DNA from: Candidatus Eiseniibacteriota bacterium
Lineage (GTDB): Bacteria > Eisenbacteria > RBG-16-71-46 > CAZAMP01
Length of the DNA: 64,000 bases
NCBI GenBank assembly: GCA_965224245.1
Contig: OZ245046.1
Location: forward strand, 6,304,001-6,368,000
Direction of reading: 5' to 3'
Shown: piece by piece, positions 17,859 to 28,800 of the stretch
Layout of the letters: each line of letters starts with the position of its first letter
Numbering within the stretch: the first letter of the stretch is position 1
Translations under genes and position numbers: made by a program
The notes under the pieces: model-generated
Told to the model about the DNA's origin: nothing
The model's database searches: none
The model's input: the letters and a program-made list of their open reading frames with translations, nothing else

Positions 17859-20311
17859 CGCGGAACGACGACCAGCCCCCCGCTTCGAGGCGGCCCTCGT
17901 CCGAGGACGAGACGGTTCTCGGAATCACCGAGGCCAGCATCGTGCACGACCTGGTCGGACCCGACGAGACGCCCCCCGTGGTGCTCCGAGCGCCGGAGGG
18001 TGAGTCAGCGCCGCCAGTGCTCCAGCTGGGCTCGCACAAGTACCGGATCCTCGGTGAGCTGGGTCGCGGGGGAATGGGGCAGGTGTACCTCGCGTTCGAT
18101 CAGGATCTCGGGCGCGAGGTCGCACTCAAGATGATGCGGGCGCGGAGCGACGCCGGGACCCGGAGGTTCATCGAGGAAGCGCGAGTCATGGCGCAGCTCG
18201 ATCATCCGAACATCGTTCCCGTCTACGACGTCGGAGTCGCCGAGGGGGGGCGGATCTTCTACACGATGCGAGTGGTGAGGGGGCAGACGTTCGCCGAGGT
18301 CCTGGAACGGTGTCGTCGCTCCGGACACGGGGGCCCCGGCTGCTCGCTCGCGCGTCTGGTTCAGCTCTTCCTCCAGATGGGCCAGGGCGTGGCCCATGCA
18401 CACTCCAAGGGGGTCGTACACCGCGACATCAAGCCATCGAACGTGATGATCGGGCTTCATGGAGAGGTCCTGGTGCTGGACTGGGGCCTCTCCAGGCTGA
18501 CCGATCCGGCGAGCATCGAGGAGTCGCCGTCGGCGCCGCGTCCCAAACGCGTGGCGGGGACCCCACGCTACATGTCCCCCGAGCAGGCGAGCGGCGAGCC
18601 GGTCGACCATCGAACCGACATCTACGCGCTCGGGGCGATCCTGTACGAGCTGCTCACACTGCGTCCGATGTTCGAGGCGGACACTCGCGATGCACTCCTC
18701 GAGATCGTGAGGAGTGCGACACCACCACGACCGCGGCTCGCCGCACCCGAGTACACCATTCCCGCGGCCCTCGAGACCGCCTGTCTTCGGGCGGTCCGCA
18801 AGCGGCCTGATGATCGCCCGCAATCGGTCCGGGAGTTCATGGACGAGGTGCAGACGTGGCTCGAGGCAGACGCTGACCGTGACCGCCGTCGTCAGGTCGC
18901 ACAGGACATCGCGGAGAAGGGCGCCGCGCTCCTGACCCACTACTTCCAGCTGAAGCAGGAGGTGGCGGCACTCGAAGCCGAGGTTCTCGAGGTGACCGGC
19001 CGGTTCGAGGGATGGGAGCCCGCGGAGAAGAAGGCACCGATCATCGAGGCGGAGGACCGGGCGGCGGCGGCTCGCAGCGAGCTCGTGGCGGCTCGATCCG
19101 ACCTGGTGGCGACGCTCGAGAAGGCGCTGGGGTTCGAGGCCGACAACGCGACCGCTCGCGAGGCCCTTGCCGACTACTACTGGAGTCGCTTTCAGGAAGC
19201 CGAGCGCACCGGACGCGACGAGGACCGGATCTTCTTCACGCGCCGCGTGAGTGAGTACGACGATGGAAAGTACACCGACGAGCTCGAGGGATCGGGCTCC
19301 CTCACCCTGGACTCGGAGCCGGCGGGAGCCACTGCCACCCTGTACCGCGTGGAGGCCGACGGGTTCGTACACACTCCGAGACGTTCGCGCGTGCTGGGAG
19401 AGACGCCCGTTCGCGCGACGGAGCTGTCCATGGGGAGCTACCTGGTGATCTTGCACAAGGACGGATTCCGCGATGTTCGATACCCGGTCCACATCGCGCG
19501 AAACCGGAGCTGGATCGGACGGGTCCACCTCAGACGCGACGATGAGATCGGAGACGAGTTCATTCACGTCCCCGCCGGCCCTTTCCTGTACGGCGGCGAC
19601 CCCGTGGCGCGGCGCGGGCGTGCGGCCGGAGAGCAGCTGCTCGACGATGTCTTCATCGGCAAGCACCCGGTGACGATGGCCGAGTACGTCGAGTTCCTCA
19701 ACGATCTCGCGCAGTCCGATGGGATCGACGCGGCACTCGCTCGCTCACCACGGCGGAGCGCTCGGGATCCGGTGACCTCCTACATGGAGGTGGATGACGC
19801 CGGCGTACTGTGCCTTCCGGATACCGATCACGAAGGTGACTCGTGGGATCCGCGGCTGCCCGTCGTGGGCGTGAGCTGGAACGATGCCGTCGCCTACTGC
19901 GAGTGGCGCGGGAGACGTGACGGCCGCCGCTACCGGCTGCCCACCGAAGTGGAATGGGAGAAGAGTGCCCGCGGCGTCGATGGCCGCTGGTACCCGTGGG
20001 GATGGCGGTTCGATCCGAGCCTGTGCAACATGGAGGAATCCCGCCAGGAGCGGCCCGCACCGGTCCCCGTGCACGAGTTTCCCACCGACGTCTCGATCTA
20101 CGGGGTTCGCGGGTGTGCGGGAAACGTGGAGGAGTGGACGGCGACGACGCTGGTGGAGGGGCAGGGGGAGCGCGCACGTGTCGGGCGTGTGGTGTGCGGC
20201 GGTGCGTGGAGCGGCGTTCGCTCCTACGTCCGGTGTGCTTCCCGGTTCGACTACGCGGCCGAGACGTGCACCGACGTCGTCGGCTTCCGGATCGCCCTCG
20301 ACCCGAGCTGA
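17855..20311 (+). CDS. Ser/Thr protein kinase with PEGA-like and FGE-sulfatase (SUMF1) domains
   Basis: [53 protein letters not shown]...YPWG...GNVEEW...GFR. Confidence 0.92.
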   Translation: MTRNDDQPPASRRPSSEDETVLGITEASIVHDLVGPDETPPVVLRAPEGESAPPVLQLGSHKYRILGELGRGGMGQVYLAFDQDLGREVALKMMRARSDAGTRRFIEEARVMAQLDHPNIVPVYDVGVAEGGRIFYTMRVVRGQTFAEVLERCRRSGHGGPGCSLARLVQLFLQMGQGVAHAHSKGVVHRDIKPSNVMIGLHGEVLVLDWGLSRLTDPASIEESPSAPRPKRVAGTPRYMSPEQASGEPVDHRTDIYALGAILYELLTLRPMFEADTRDALLEIVRSATPPRPRLAAPEYTIPAALETACLRAVRKRPDDRPQSVREFMDEVQTWLEADADRDRRRQVAQDIAEKGAALLTHYFQLKQEVAALEAEVLEVTGRFEGWEPAEKKAPIIEAEDRAAAARSELVAARSDLVATLEKALGFEADNATAREALADYYWSRFQEAERTGRDEDRIFFTRRVSEYDDGKYTDELEGSGSLTLDSEPAGATATLYRVEADGFVHTPRRSRVLGETPVRATELSMGSYLVILHKDGFRDVRYPVHIARNRSWIGRVHLRRDDEIGDEFIHVPAGPFLYGGDPVARRGRAAGEQLLDDVFIGKHPVTMAEYVEFLNDLAQSDGIDAALARSPRRSARDPVTSYMEVDDAGVLCLPDTDHEGDSWDPRLPVVGVSWNDAVAYCEWRGRRDGRRYRLPTEVEWEKSARGVDGRWYPWGWRFDPSLCNMEESRQERPAPVPVHEFPTDVSIYGVRGCAGNVEEWTATTLVEGQGERARVGRVVCGGAWSGVRSYVRCASRFDYAAETCTDVVGFRIALDPS

Positions 20312-20353
20312 CTCCTCTCCGAATCCCCCGAGCCGCGCTCCACTCTTCACGCC

Positions 20354-20371
20354 GGAGAGCGGGCGCTCTCC
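20354..20371. promoter_or_regulatory. Inverted repeat, candidate enhancer (UAS) or terminator
   Basis: GGAGAGCG-GG-CGCTCTCC perfect 8-bp arms about 200 bp upstream of the sigma54 site, with related CTCTCCA half sites nearby. Confidence 0.4.
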
Positions 20372-20571
20372 ATTCCTCTCCATTGCTCTCGCCCGCGGCA
20401 ACACCTTGCACGACAGGATGCTCCGCGCCCGACGCCCCGGTGCCGCGAGGATGCCGGCGAGCACGCGCTCTCCAGGCCAACGGCCAACCGCCGCATCGCT
20501 CCAGAAGCTCGCCCACCCATAACCGGTTGTCTGGCAACGATTAGCCGGAGCCACCATCAGCACCCGGGTCG

Positions 20572-20586
20572 CGGCATGGCGCTTGC
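20572..20586 (+). promoter_or_regulatory. sigma54 (-24/-12) promoter
   Basis: CGGCATGGCGCTTGC matches YGGCAYG-N4-TTGC with exact GG-N10-GC spacing; intergenic and next to a sigma54 activator gene. Confidence 0.65.
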
Positions 20587-20615
20587 GATGTCAGCGGGCG
20601 ACGGCTTTCCAACCG

Positions 20616-20659
20616 ATCCCGATCAGGTTCCCATCCCGATCAGGTTCGCCAATCCCGAT
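20616..20659 (+). repeat. Short direct repeats in the presumed 5' UTR
   Basis: ATCCCGATCAGGTTC at 20616 and 20633, plus a partial ATCCCGAT at 20652. Confidence 0.7.
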
Positions 20660-20737
20660 GCCCGAGTTCGAGCGGAAACGGAAAGCCTTGCTCGAAGGAC
20701 CGCTCGGAGCCGTGGCTCGAATCGAGGGAGTAGTCTC

Positions 20738-21502
20738 ATGTCCAAGCTGAACGAGGCGCTGATCACCGTGCTGATCGGCACCAGTCTGACCGTCGGCGTG
20801 GCCGGCGCTCAGCTGCCGGATCCCGGCCTGACCATCGTTCCGGAACGGACGGCGGTCGTGATCACCGACCCGCAGAACGACTTTCTGAGTCCGGAAGGGG
20901 TCACCTGGGGGCTGGTCGGTCCCAGCGTCACCGCCAACGGCACGGTCGAGAACATCGAGAAGCTGATGCAGACGGCAAAGGCCAACGGCCTGCCTGTCTT
21001 CATCTCGCCCCACTACTACTACCCCACCGACGAAGGGTGGATGTTCGGGGGCGCGGTCGAGCAGATGATGCACGCCGTCGGGATGTTCGATCGCACCGGG
21101 GCTCTCACGATCGAGGGACTCGAGGGCTCCGGCGCGGACTGGCTCGAGCGGTACCGACCGCTCATCGAGGATGGCCACACGGTGGTCGCCAGTCCGCACA
21201 AGGTCTACGGGCCGGAGACGAACGACCTCGCTCTCCAGCTCCGCAAGCGGGGCATCGACAAGGTCATCCTCGCCGGCATGTCGGCGAACCTCTGCGTCGA
21301 GGCGCATCTCCGGGAGCTCCTCGAGCAGGGGTTCGAGGTCGCCGTGGTGCGCGACGCCACCGCCGCCGCACAGGCGGGCGAGCTCGACGGATACGCCGCG
21401 GCGCTCATGAACTTCCGGTTCCTGGCCAGCAAGGTCTGGACCACGGTCGAGGCCGTCGATGCGATCGAGTCCGCAGCCCGGGAGCATGCCGCACTTCGCT
21501 GA
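20738..21502 (+). CDS. Exported cysteine hydrolase (isochorismatase family)
   Basis: GAGGGAG RBS; signal peptide; triad D (TDPQNDF), K (HKVYG), C (ANLCVE). Confidence 0.9.
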   Translation: MSKLNEALITVLIGTSLTVGVAGAQLPDPGLTIVPERTAVVITDPQNDFLSPEGVTWGLVGPSVTANGTVENIEKLMQTAKANGLPVFISPHYYYPTDEGWMFGGAVEQMMHAVGMFDRTGALTIEGLEGSGADWLERYRPLIEDGHTVVASPHKVYGPETNDLALQLRKRGIDKVILAGMSANLCVEAHLRELLEQGFEVAVVRDATAAAQAGELDGYAAALMNFRFLASKVWTTVEAVDAIESAAREHAALR

Positions 21503-21560
21503 ACCCGACCCGGCTTCACGAGTCGAGAACGACACTCAACGAGAGCTTCAGGAGAGAACC

Positions 21561-22169
21561 ATGTCACGCTACGTATTTGCACTCGCGCTGATCGGCCTCA
21601 TCGGCCTGACGAACGGATGTGGAGAAGACACGTCGGTGATCACCGCCAGCGAGCCCGCGGCGGAGATCTCCTCGTTCGAGGAGCACACCCGCACGGGACT
21701 TCCGGGCCGGGCAATGGTCCTTCGACTGTTCGGGAGTGCCGTCGCCCGCCCGGGTACGGTTCCGGACATCGATGGCGACGGCGTCGACGATGACGCTCTC
21801 TGCTTCGACATCGACATCCTGGACGCCGCCGGAAACAAGATCGGCACCGCGACCGACTGCCTGTCGAACATCGTCGGCGTCGGCGACGGCATGGCGCTGG
21901 TGGGGACCACGTACTTCCACCTCCGGAACGGCACCTTCGTGTCGCGTGGCAGCACCACGGTCCAGCCGGTGACGACCACCGACCCCACACCGGCCACGCA
22001 TGCGACCGGTGCCATTCCGATGCCGGGCTCCAACGGAATCATCGCGGGCGACGGCGCCTTCGCGGGGCTCGACGCCGAGGTGCGACTCTCCGGTGCGGTG
22101 AACCTCTCCCGCCTGGACAGTGAGGGCCGGATCGCATTCGACTGTCTGTTCGCGGTCACGCCGCAATAG
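21561..22169 (+). CDS. Hypothetical lipoprotein, possibly dirigent/allene oxide cyclase-like barrel
   Basis: AGGAG RBS; lipobox-like LTNGC; all-beta pattern with IIAGDGAFAG. Confidence 0.7.
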   Translation: MSRYVFALALIGLIGLTNGCGEDTSVITASEPAAEISSFEEHTRTGLPGRAMVLRLFGSAVARPGTVPDIDGDGVDDDALCFDIDILDAAGNKIGTATDCLSNIVGVGDGMALVGTTYFHLRNGTFVSRGSTTVQPVTTTDPTPATHATGAIPMPGSNGIIAGDGAFAGLDAEVRLSGAVNLSRLDSEGRIAFDCLFAVTPQ

Positions 22170-22182
22170 AGCAGACAGCCAC

Positions 22183-22221
22183 GCGCACGGCGTCGATCGA
22201 TCGGGGATCGGCGCCGTGCGC
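22183..22221 (+). terminator. Long hairpin after the hydrolase/lipoprotein pair
   Basis: GCGCACGGCGTCGATC ... GATCGGCGCCGTGCGC, a 16-bp stem with one G-U pair; weak U-tract. Confidence 0.55.
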
Positions 22222-22571
22222 ACCTTCAAGCTACCGGCTGATACCGATCGCCTCTCGTTCTGCTGCAGACCTACCGTCATGGCGAGGACCAACCGGACAC
22301 CCGAGCCCACCTCCATCCGACCTCCCGTCCGGCAGCTCCGGCCGGAGTGCCGCCGACGTGCAACAGCTTGTCCGGTATGAGCTTAAGCCGTCCATCCAGG
22401 ACAGGCGCGGCCGCAGGGCTACAGGGATGGTCAGCAAGTCACCGAGCCGCAACGCACCCGATGTCGTGTCGCGGCGACGGAAAACGCGTTTCCTTCCAAC
22501 AGGTCGTCCCGGGACGTGCCCATTGCTCACACGTGCTCTCCCGGGTTTCCGGCACCGAAAGGAAACCAACC

Positions 22572-25543
22572 GTGCAACTCACGTTTCTGCAGGCACTTCC
22601 GTGCTTCTGCAGGTGGGCTTTGCTTGTCGGCGCGCTGGCCCCGTTTCTCGCCGATGCGCAGGAGCTCACCCTGAACATCGGGCGGGGTGACTCCGACCCC
22701 ACCTGGCTCGAGGCCGGCGCAGCGACGGTTCACTTCTCGGCCTACACCGGAACGGGGTATGCAGTCCACGAGTACGACACGATCACCGGGGTGGGGACCG
22801 TCATCGATTCTCCACCGTTCCTGGATCCCCCGGCGCAGCTGACGGTGGTGGGAAACAAGCTCTTTTTCTCCGGCGAGGCGGCCGGCGAGCGCGAGGGGGT
22901 GGAGCTGTGGGTGGCGGAGAGCGGTGTCGCCACCCGGATCGACATTCGCCCGGGGAGCACCCTGAACCCGGCGCTGGGGAGCTTCACGGCCTACGACGGA
23001 CTTCTGATCTTCACTGCGGACGACGGTGTGCACGGTCGCGAGGCCTGGCGGTCGAACGGCACCCAGGCCGGCACGTACATGCTCGAGGACATCAGCCTCG
23101 CCGGGGATTCGATCCCAGCGTTCTTCGAGGAAGCCAATGGTCTGATCTTCTTCGCCGCCACCAGCGACTACTTCGGCCGTGAGCTCTGGAAGACCGACGG
23201 AAGCAGCTCGGGGACGATGATGGTCACCGACATCGATCCGATCTACTCGTCCAATCCACGTCAGTTCGAGCGGCTCGGGAACACGCTCTTCTTCTCCGCC
23301 GATGACGGCTTGAACGGAAGGGAGATGTGGAAGTCGAACGGGACGACCACCGTGCTCGTCTCCGACCTGGAGCCCGGCCCCGGTGACTCCGAGCCGGTCG
23401 GCCTGACCCGGCATGCGGGATGGGTATACTTCGTCGCGGCTACCTCGGCCCACGGGGACGATCTCTTCCGCACCGGTGGCTTCGGCGTCGAGGCACTAGA
23501 GACCATCGTGGGACCGGGGTCGGTCTCGCCCTCACTCCTGACCAGCTCGGGCACGCGACTGTACTTCACCGGAGAAGATGCCACCCATGGGCGTGAGCTG
23601 TGGTCCACCGACGGGACCCCGGGAGGAGCGGCCATGGTGAAAGACATCAACGCCGGGCCGGGCACCAGTCACATACGTACCCCCACGGACGTCGTCGGCA
23701 CACTTCACTTCGAAGTGTACATCGACGGCGTGACGGACCTCTGGCGCTCGGATGGAACCGCAAGCGGAACCTACGAGATCTTGGACACGTGGGGGAACGG
23801 ACCGAACGAGCCGGACGGGCTGACCGCTCACGGCGGCGAGCTCTACTTCGCCGCGGACAACGGAACCGACGTTGGCCGCGAGCTCTGGCGCACCGATGAG
23901 AGCACCGGCATCGCCGAGTTCGCGTGGGACGCCTACTCCGTGCTCGGATCCAACCCGACGGACTTCCGCCCCTGGCAGCCGACCTTTCTCTCCCCCGATT
24001 ACCTGCTCACGTATGCCGATCTGCCGGGGGACGGCCGGGAGCTCTGCCTGATGCTGAATCCGATCGTGTACTCAGACCCCGAGGTCATGCCTCAGGGATG
24101 GGGCAGTCGGTCTCTGACCGGTGCAATCCCCGGCGCCGAGTTCGTCGTGAACGGCGAGTACCTCTACTACACCGTGTGGGGCGAAACGGAGGGGTCGGAG
24201 GCGAGGATGGTCTGGTACATCTCGTCCGACTTCGATGAGTACAGTCAGACGATCATCCCGGGGCCGACGGGATCCCAGCCGGCCGGGCTGACCATCTTCG
24301 ATGGAGAGTGTCTCTTCACCGCCCGTGGCTCCACCAGTCCCGACGACTTCGGGCTGTACCGGATGGGCCGATGGGGACCGACGCTCATTCGCTCGTTCGG
24401 TCCCGAGCGCCCTCGTGGCATCGTGGCACTCGACGACCGTCCAACCGGGCTCGACGTCGCCCTGTTCACGGGCCACCAGCCCGCGACGGGGTGGGAGCTC
24501 TGGGCCACTGACAACGTTGATGCCGTTCTCTTCGTGGACATCGAGCCGGGCGTGGGCTCCTCCGATCCTCAGCAGCTCGTCCGCGCGGGGAACCGCGTGT
24601 TCTTCACCGCCTTCCGCTCCGACGTGGGACGCGAGCTCTGGACCAGCGACGGCACGCCCGCGGGTACGATGCTCCTCGCCGACCTCGAGCCCGGGCCGGC
24701 GGGATCCGAACCGGAGGAGCTCGTGGCCAGCGGGAGTCGGGTGTTCTTCACCGCCACCACCACCGATGGTGGTCGTGAGCTCTACTACGCTACCGGCGGC
24801 AGCGTCGTGGCGCTCGGCGAGCTCGTGATCGGGCCGGGCTCGGCCGATCCCCGGGGACTCGCCGCCGTCGCCGGCGACCTCTACTTCACCGCCGATCCGG
24901 GGGATGGCACCGGCCGCGAGCCGTGGCTTTACGACGACGTCTCGATGCGAATGCTGGCCGACATCTCATCGGGCCCGACCAGCTCCGAGTGCGGCGAGTT
25001 CCTCGAGCACAACTACCTCTGCTACTTCGTGGCCGAGAACGCCACTTTCGGACGAGAGATCTGGCGGACCAACGGGGACCTCTACGAGGTGGTCAGTGAC
25101 GACGCATCCCCGGGACCGTGGTCGCTTCGTCCCGGCGAGCTCACGCACTTTCGCGACTGGGTGGTGTACGCGGCAACGACGAGTCACCAGGGACGGGAGA
25201 TCTGGTACCTCGAGGACGCCGGCATCCTGGACGTCGAGGGAGAGATGAGCGCGGTCTCGAGTCCGTTTCCGGTGCTCGCGCCGGGTCAGATCCGGGTGGG
25301 ACCGAACCCGGTCCACGACGTCGCCACGATCCGGGTCCGGACCGGGAGCGCGGGACACGCCACCGCCCGGCTGATCGACGCTTCGGGGCGCGAGACGGCA
25401 CGCCGCGAGCTGGGTGAGCTCGATGCCGGACCGCACGCGGTTCGATGGGACGTCCGCGCCGATCGCCTCTCGCCGGGGGTGTACTTCATCGAGGTCGAGG
25501 TGGGGGCGGAGAGAATGTCGGGGAAGTTCGTGCTGATGCCTTG
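22572..25543 (+). CDS. ELWxxDGT-repeat protein with CTD
   Basis: AAAGGA then GTG 22572; many GRELWxTDG repeats; GPNP...IDASGRE...WD...PGVYFIEV. End coordinate is approximate to 1 nt (ORF track gives 25544). Confidence 0.88.
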
Positions 25544-25731
25544 ACACGCGGGTCATTCGCGATCGACCCGTCACACTCCAGCTCCGTGCGCGAATCATCT
25601 ACGTGACGGGAGGAGCGACGGATGCTCGGTCATCGACCATGCCCCTGCTCCGACGTCGGACGGTAGTGGGTCGGTCGACTGACCCTCCACCGGGCTTTGG
25701 GCAGGGACAGGCAACAACCGATACGTATGGA

Positions 25732-25790
25732 GTCCTTCGGTTTCTACGTACTGCAAGTCGGTATTCACCGGATCATAATCGTAGAAAGTC
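25732..25790 (-). pseudogene. Relic of a YYDxxNxDLxY propeller repeat
   Basis: Minus strand reads TFYDYDPVNTDLQYVETEG, resembling the repeat unit SYYDQTNTDLRYA of the 59224-63759 protein. Confidence 0.4.
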
Positions 25791-25818
25791 CGTCCCACCC
25801 GACGCGTGGAGGCTCGGC

Positions 25819-28800
25819 ATGACCTGGTCCCCCTCGATTCTCGGAATCCTGCTCATCCTGGGGGCGAGCCCGGGTGTCGCCGAGCAGGCGTCCAAGCCCC
25901 CGGCCCCGAGCCCCCGAGTCGGTGTCGATCCTGCCGCCCGGGCGATCGTGCGCGAAGGGATTGCGATCCGAAGCGCCGGGTCACCCGTCTTCGGCACGGA
26001 CGTGCTCCTCTCCGACCTGGCCATCCCCTCCCACGAGCCGGCGATCGCGTCACGGGCGGACGGCACCCTCTTCGCTGCCGTCGTGGCCACTCCCCCCGCC
26101 ATCGATGTCTACCAGTCGGACGACGACGGATACACGTGGACGCTCTGGTTCCGCGCCACGGCTGCCGACGCGGTGAGTCACCCCGCCATCATCGTCGGCG
26201 AGGGCAACGTCAACCGGCTGGTGCTGGCGTACGTGGAGGGATCGGAGACGCCATCGGCACGGCTCGTCGTCCTCACTCGAGACCTCGACAACCCGGCGGA
26301 CATCAGCCTCGCGGAGCTCGATGCATCGCCGTATGCGTCCCTGGCCTCGCCGAGGCTCTGCGTGGACAGCCCGGAGTATGCGTTCTGGTATCCCTACATC
26401 GTGTGGGAGCGCCCGGTGGTCGGACGCGGCGCCGGCCAGCAGGTGCGGTTCTCCCGCTCCACCGACTACGGAGACACCTTCGAGACTCCGCAGTCGCTGG
26501 GAACCGGTGGAGGCCCGACCGAGCCCGACGTCGACTTCGGTGCCAGCCGCCTGTTCGTCGCCCTTGCCACCGGAACGTCCGGGTCACGAGACATCCAGGT
26601 GCGACAGAGCACCGACTTCGGCGCGACGTGGGATCCGGCAGTGGACGTCGCAACGGCCGTACAGGACGAGTTCGAGCCCAGCGTCGTCGCCTCGAACGGT
26701 GGTGATGCCGTGGTCGTGGCGTTCAGCAAGACCTACGGCGCCCAGTCGGACATCGAGGCCGCGATCTCGACCAACGGCGGCAGCACCTGGTTCCCGAACT
26801 ACCTCCCGTGGAACTCCGACGACGAGCGAACGGCGGATCTCGACGTCAGCGCCAGCGGCGGGCGGATCCACGCCGCCTTCCGCCGCGACGATGAGATCGT
26901 CTACACGTACTGCGCGGTGGCGACGCCGGGGGCCTGGTCTACCGAGCGAGTGCTGACCGACCTCAGCACCGCCACCGCGGGCTATGCCCCCGCGATCTGC
27001 CGCAACGCGTCGCGGCCCCAGGAGGCGATCGTGGCCTGGACCGCTCCGGCCCCGGACGGGAGCCGTGTATACGTGGGGGCGGCCTATCCGCTCGGCAAGT
27101 ACCTGATCGTCGCTGGATCCGATCCGCTCGCCACCGCCGTGGAGAGCTTCGCCGAATGGAAGGCATCGATCGGCTTCGACGTCGAGATCGTGACCCGCGC
27201 GCAGGTGTTCGCGGCCTCCGGCAGCGGCGACGACGCCGAGCGGTTCTGGTCCTACCTGCGCGATCGCCGGACCGAGCTGCGGTACGTGCTCCTGGTCGGG
27301 GACGTCGACACCATCCCCATGCGGCCCCTGTTCCCCTCGGGAAACCCGGCGTATCCACCCACGGACCCGCGGCACGACAACGGGCTGCCCTACGGCAGCG
27401 ATTACTACTACGCGAAGGTGGATGTCACGAGCTGGGACCTCGACCTCGACGGTCGGTGGGGCGAGTTCGTCGACGATGCACTCGATCCCGAGCCCGACCT
27501 CCTGGTGGGACGGATCCCCTTCAGCGACGTCACGAACGCGACGGCTGCGTGCGCGAGTGCGGTCGCGTTCGAAAGCAGTGAACCGGCCGGCAAGCGTGCC
27601 GCGCTCCTCGCCCACGGGTTTCTCAACTACCGGGGCAAGGCCTCCGATCAGATCACCGACGCGGCCTACGCCGGCGAGCACACCCGCAACAACGATCTGC
27701 TTCCCACGGGGTGGTCCGCCCTCCGTCTCTACGAGCGGAATGGCGTCGGCCCCTCCGGGTTCGCGAGCGAAGATTCGCTCACGCGCATGGACTACCGATC
27801 CTACGTGGGAGCCTTCGGCCTGGTGAGCGCGATGGCCCATGGCAATCCCTGGGGCCTCAGCGGGATCCGCTGGGTGAGCGACGTCAACGGGAACGGGTTT
27901 GCGGACCTCCGGGAGGAGTGGATCTACAACGAGTTCGTGAGAGCAGGCGACATCGCCGCGTCGCCGGCCACGGGACTCGTACTCCTCACCGGTTGCTCGA
28001 CCGGCGTTCTGTGGGGCGATGATCGCGGTTGCTGGGACGACCCCCTGGGATCCGGCTGGCTCTCGGGGACCACCCTCGATGGCACCATGCTCAAGGAGTA
28101 TCTGCGCCACGGCGCCGCCGCGGTCGTGGCATCGAGCGCTGGCTCTGACTACGGCTACGCCTGGACCTCTCCTGCCGGGAACGGCGGTCAGTCGCTGGCC
28201 GTATCGATCTCCTCTCACCTCGTCAGCGGACGGCTGCGAGCGGGAGACGCCTTCCACCGTGCCATGTTCGACTACGTGAACACCCATGGGTACCAGCGCG
28301 GAATCCGGGTGTTCAACTTCTACGGAGACCCCGCGCTCTCGTTCGAGACCGTCGACGTACCCGCGGCGACGCGCGAGGCCGCGGCTCGATACGTCGCGGC
28401 TCGTCCTCGTCTCGAGTCGGCGGAGCGCGAGGCGCGGGACGCGGTGGCCTGTGCGCTCCTGGAGAACCCCGACCAGTGGTCACCGCTCCCCGACCTGGCC
28501 GGCGCGACCACGATCTCCAGCCTGATGGTTCATTCGGGGGGCAAGCTCTTCGCGGCCGGGATGATCTCGGCGGACGAGGATCGGAACGCGGGCGTCGTAT
28601 ACCGGTGGGAAGACGCCATCAGCGTCATACCGACTCCCATCCCGCTACCGGCCGCCTGGTCGATCCGCGACCTCGCCGAGGCCGCATCCGGGGCGCTCAT
28701 CGCCTGCGGACTGGCAGAGGACGGTGGCTACGAGGGGCGGATCTATCGCTCGGAGGACGAGGGCGGGACGTGGATCACCAGCCTCGATCTTCCCGGGGGG

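Noticed and set aside
19500-20311. FGE domain as a DGR target or an active formylglycine-generating enzyme
   Set aside because: No nearby template repeat or RT, and the catalytic Cys pair of true FGE is not evident; treated as a binding domain.
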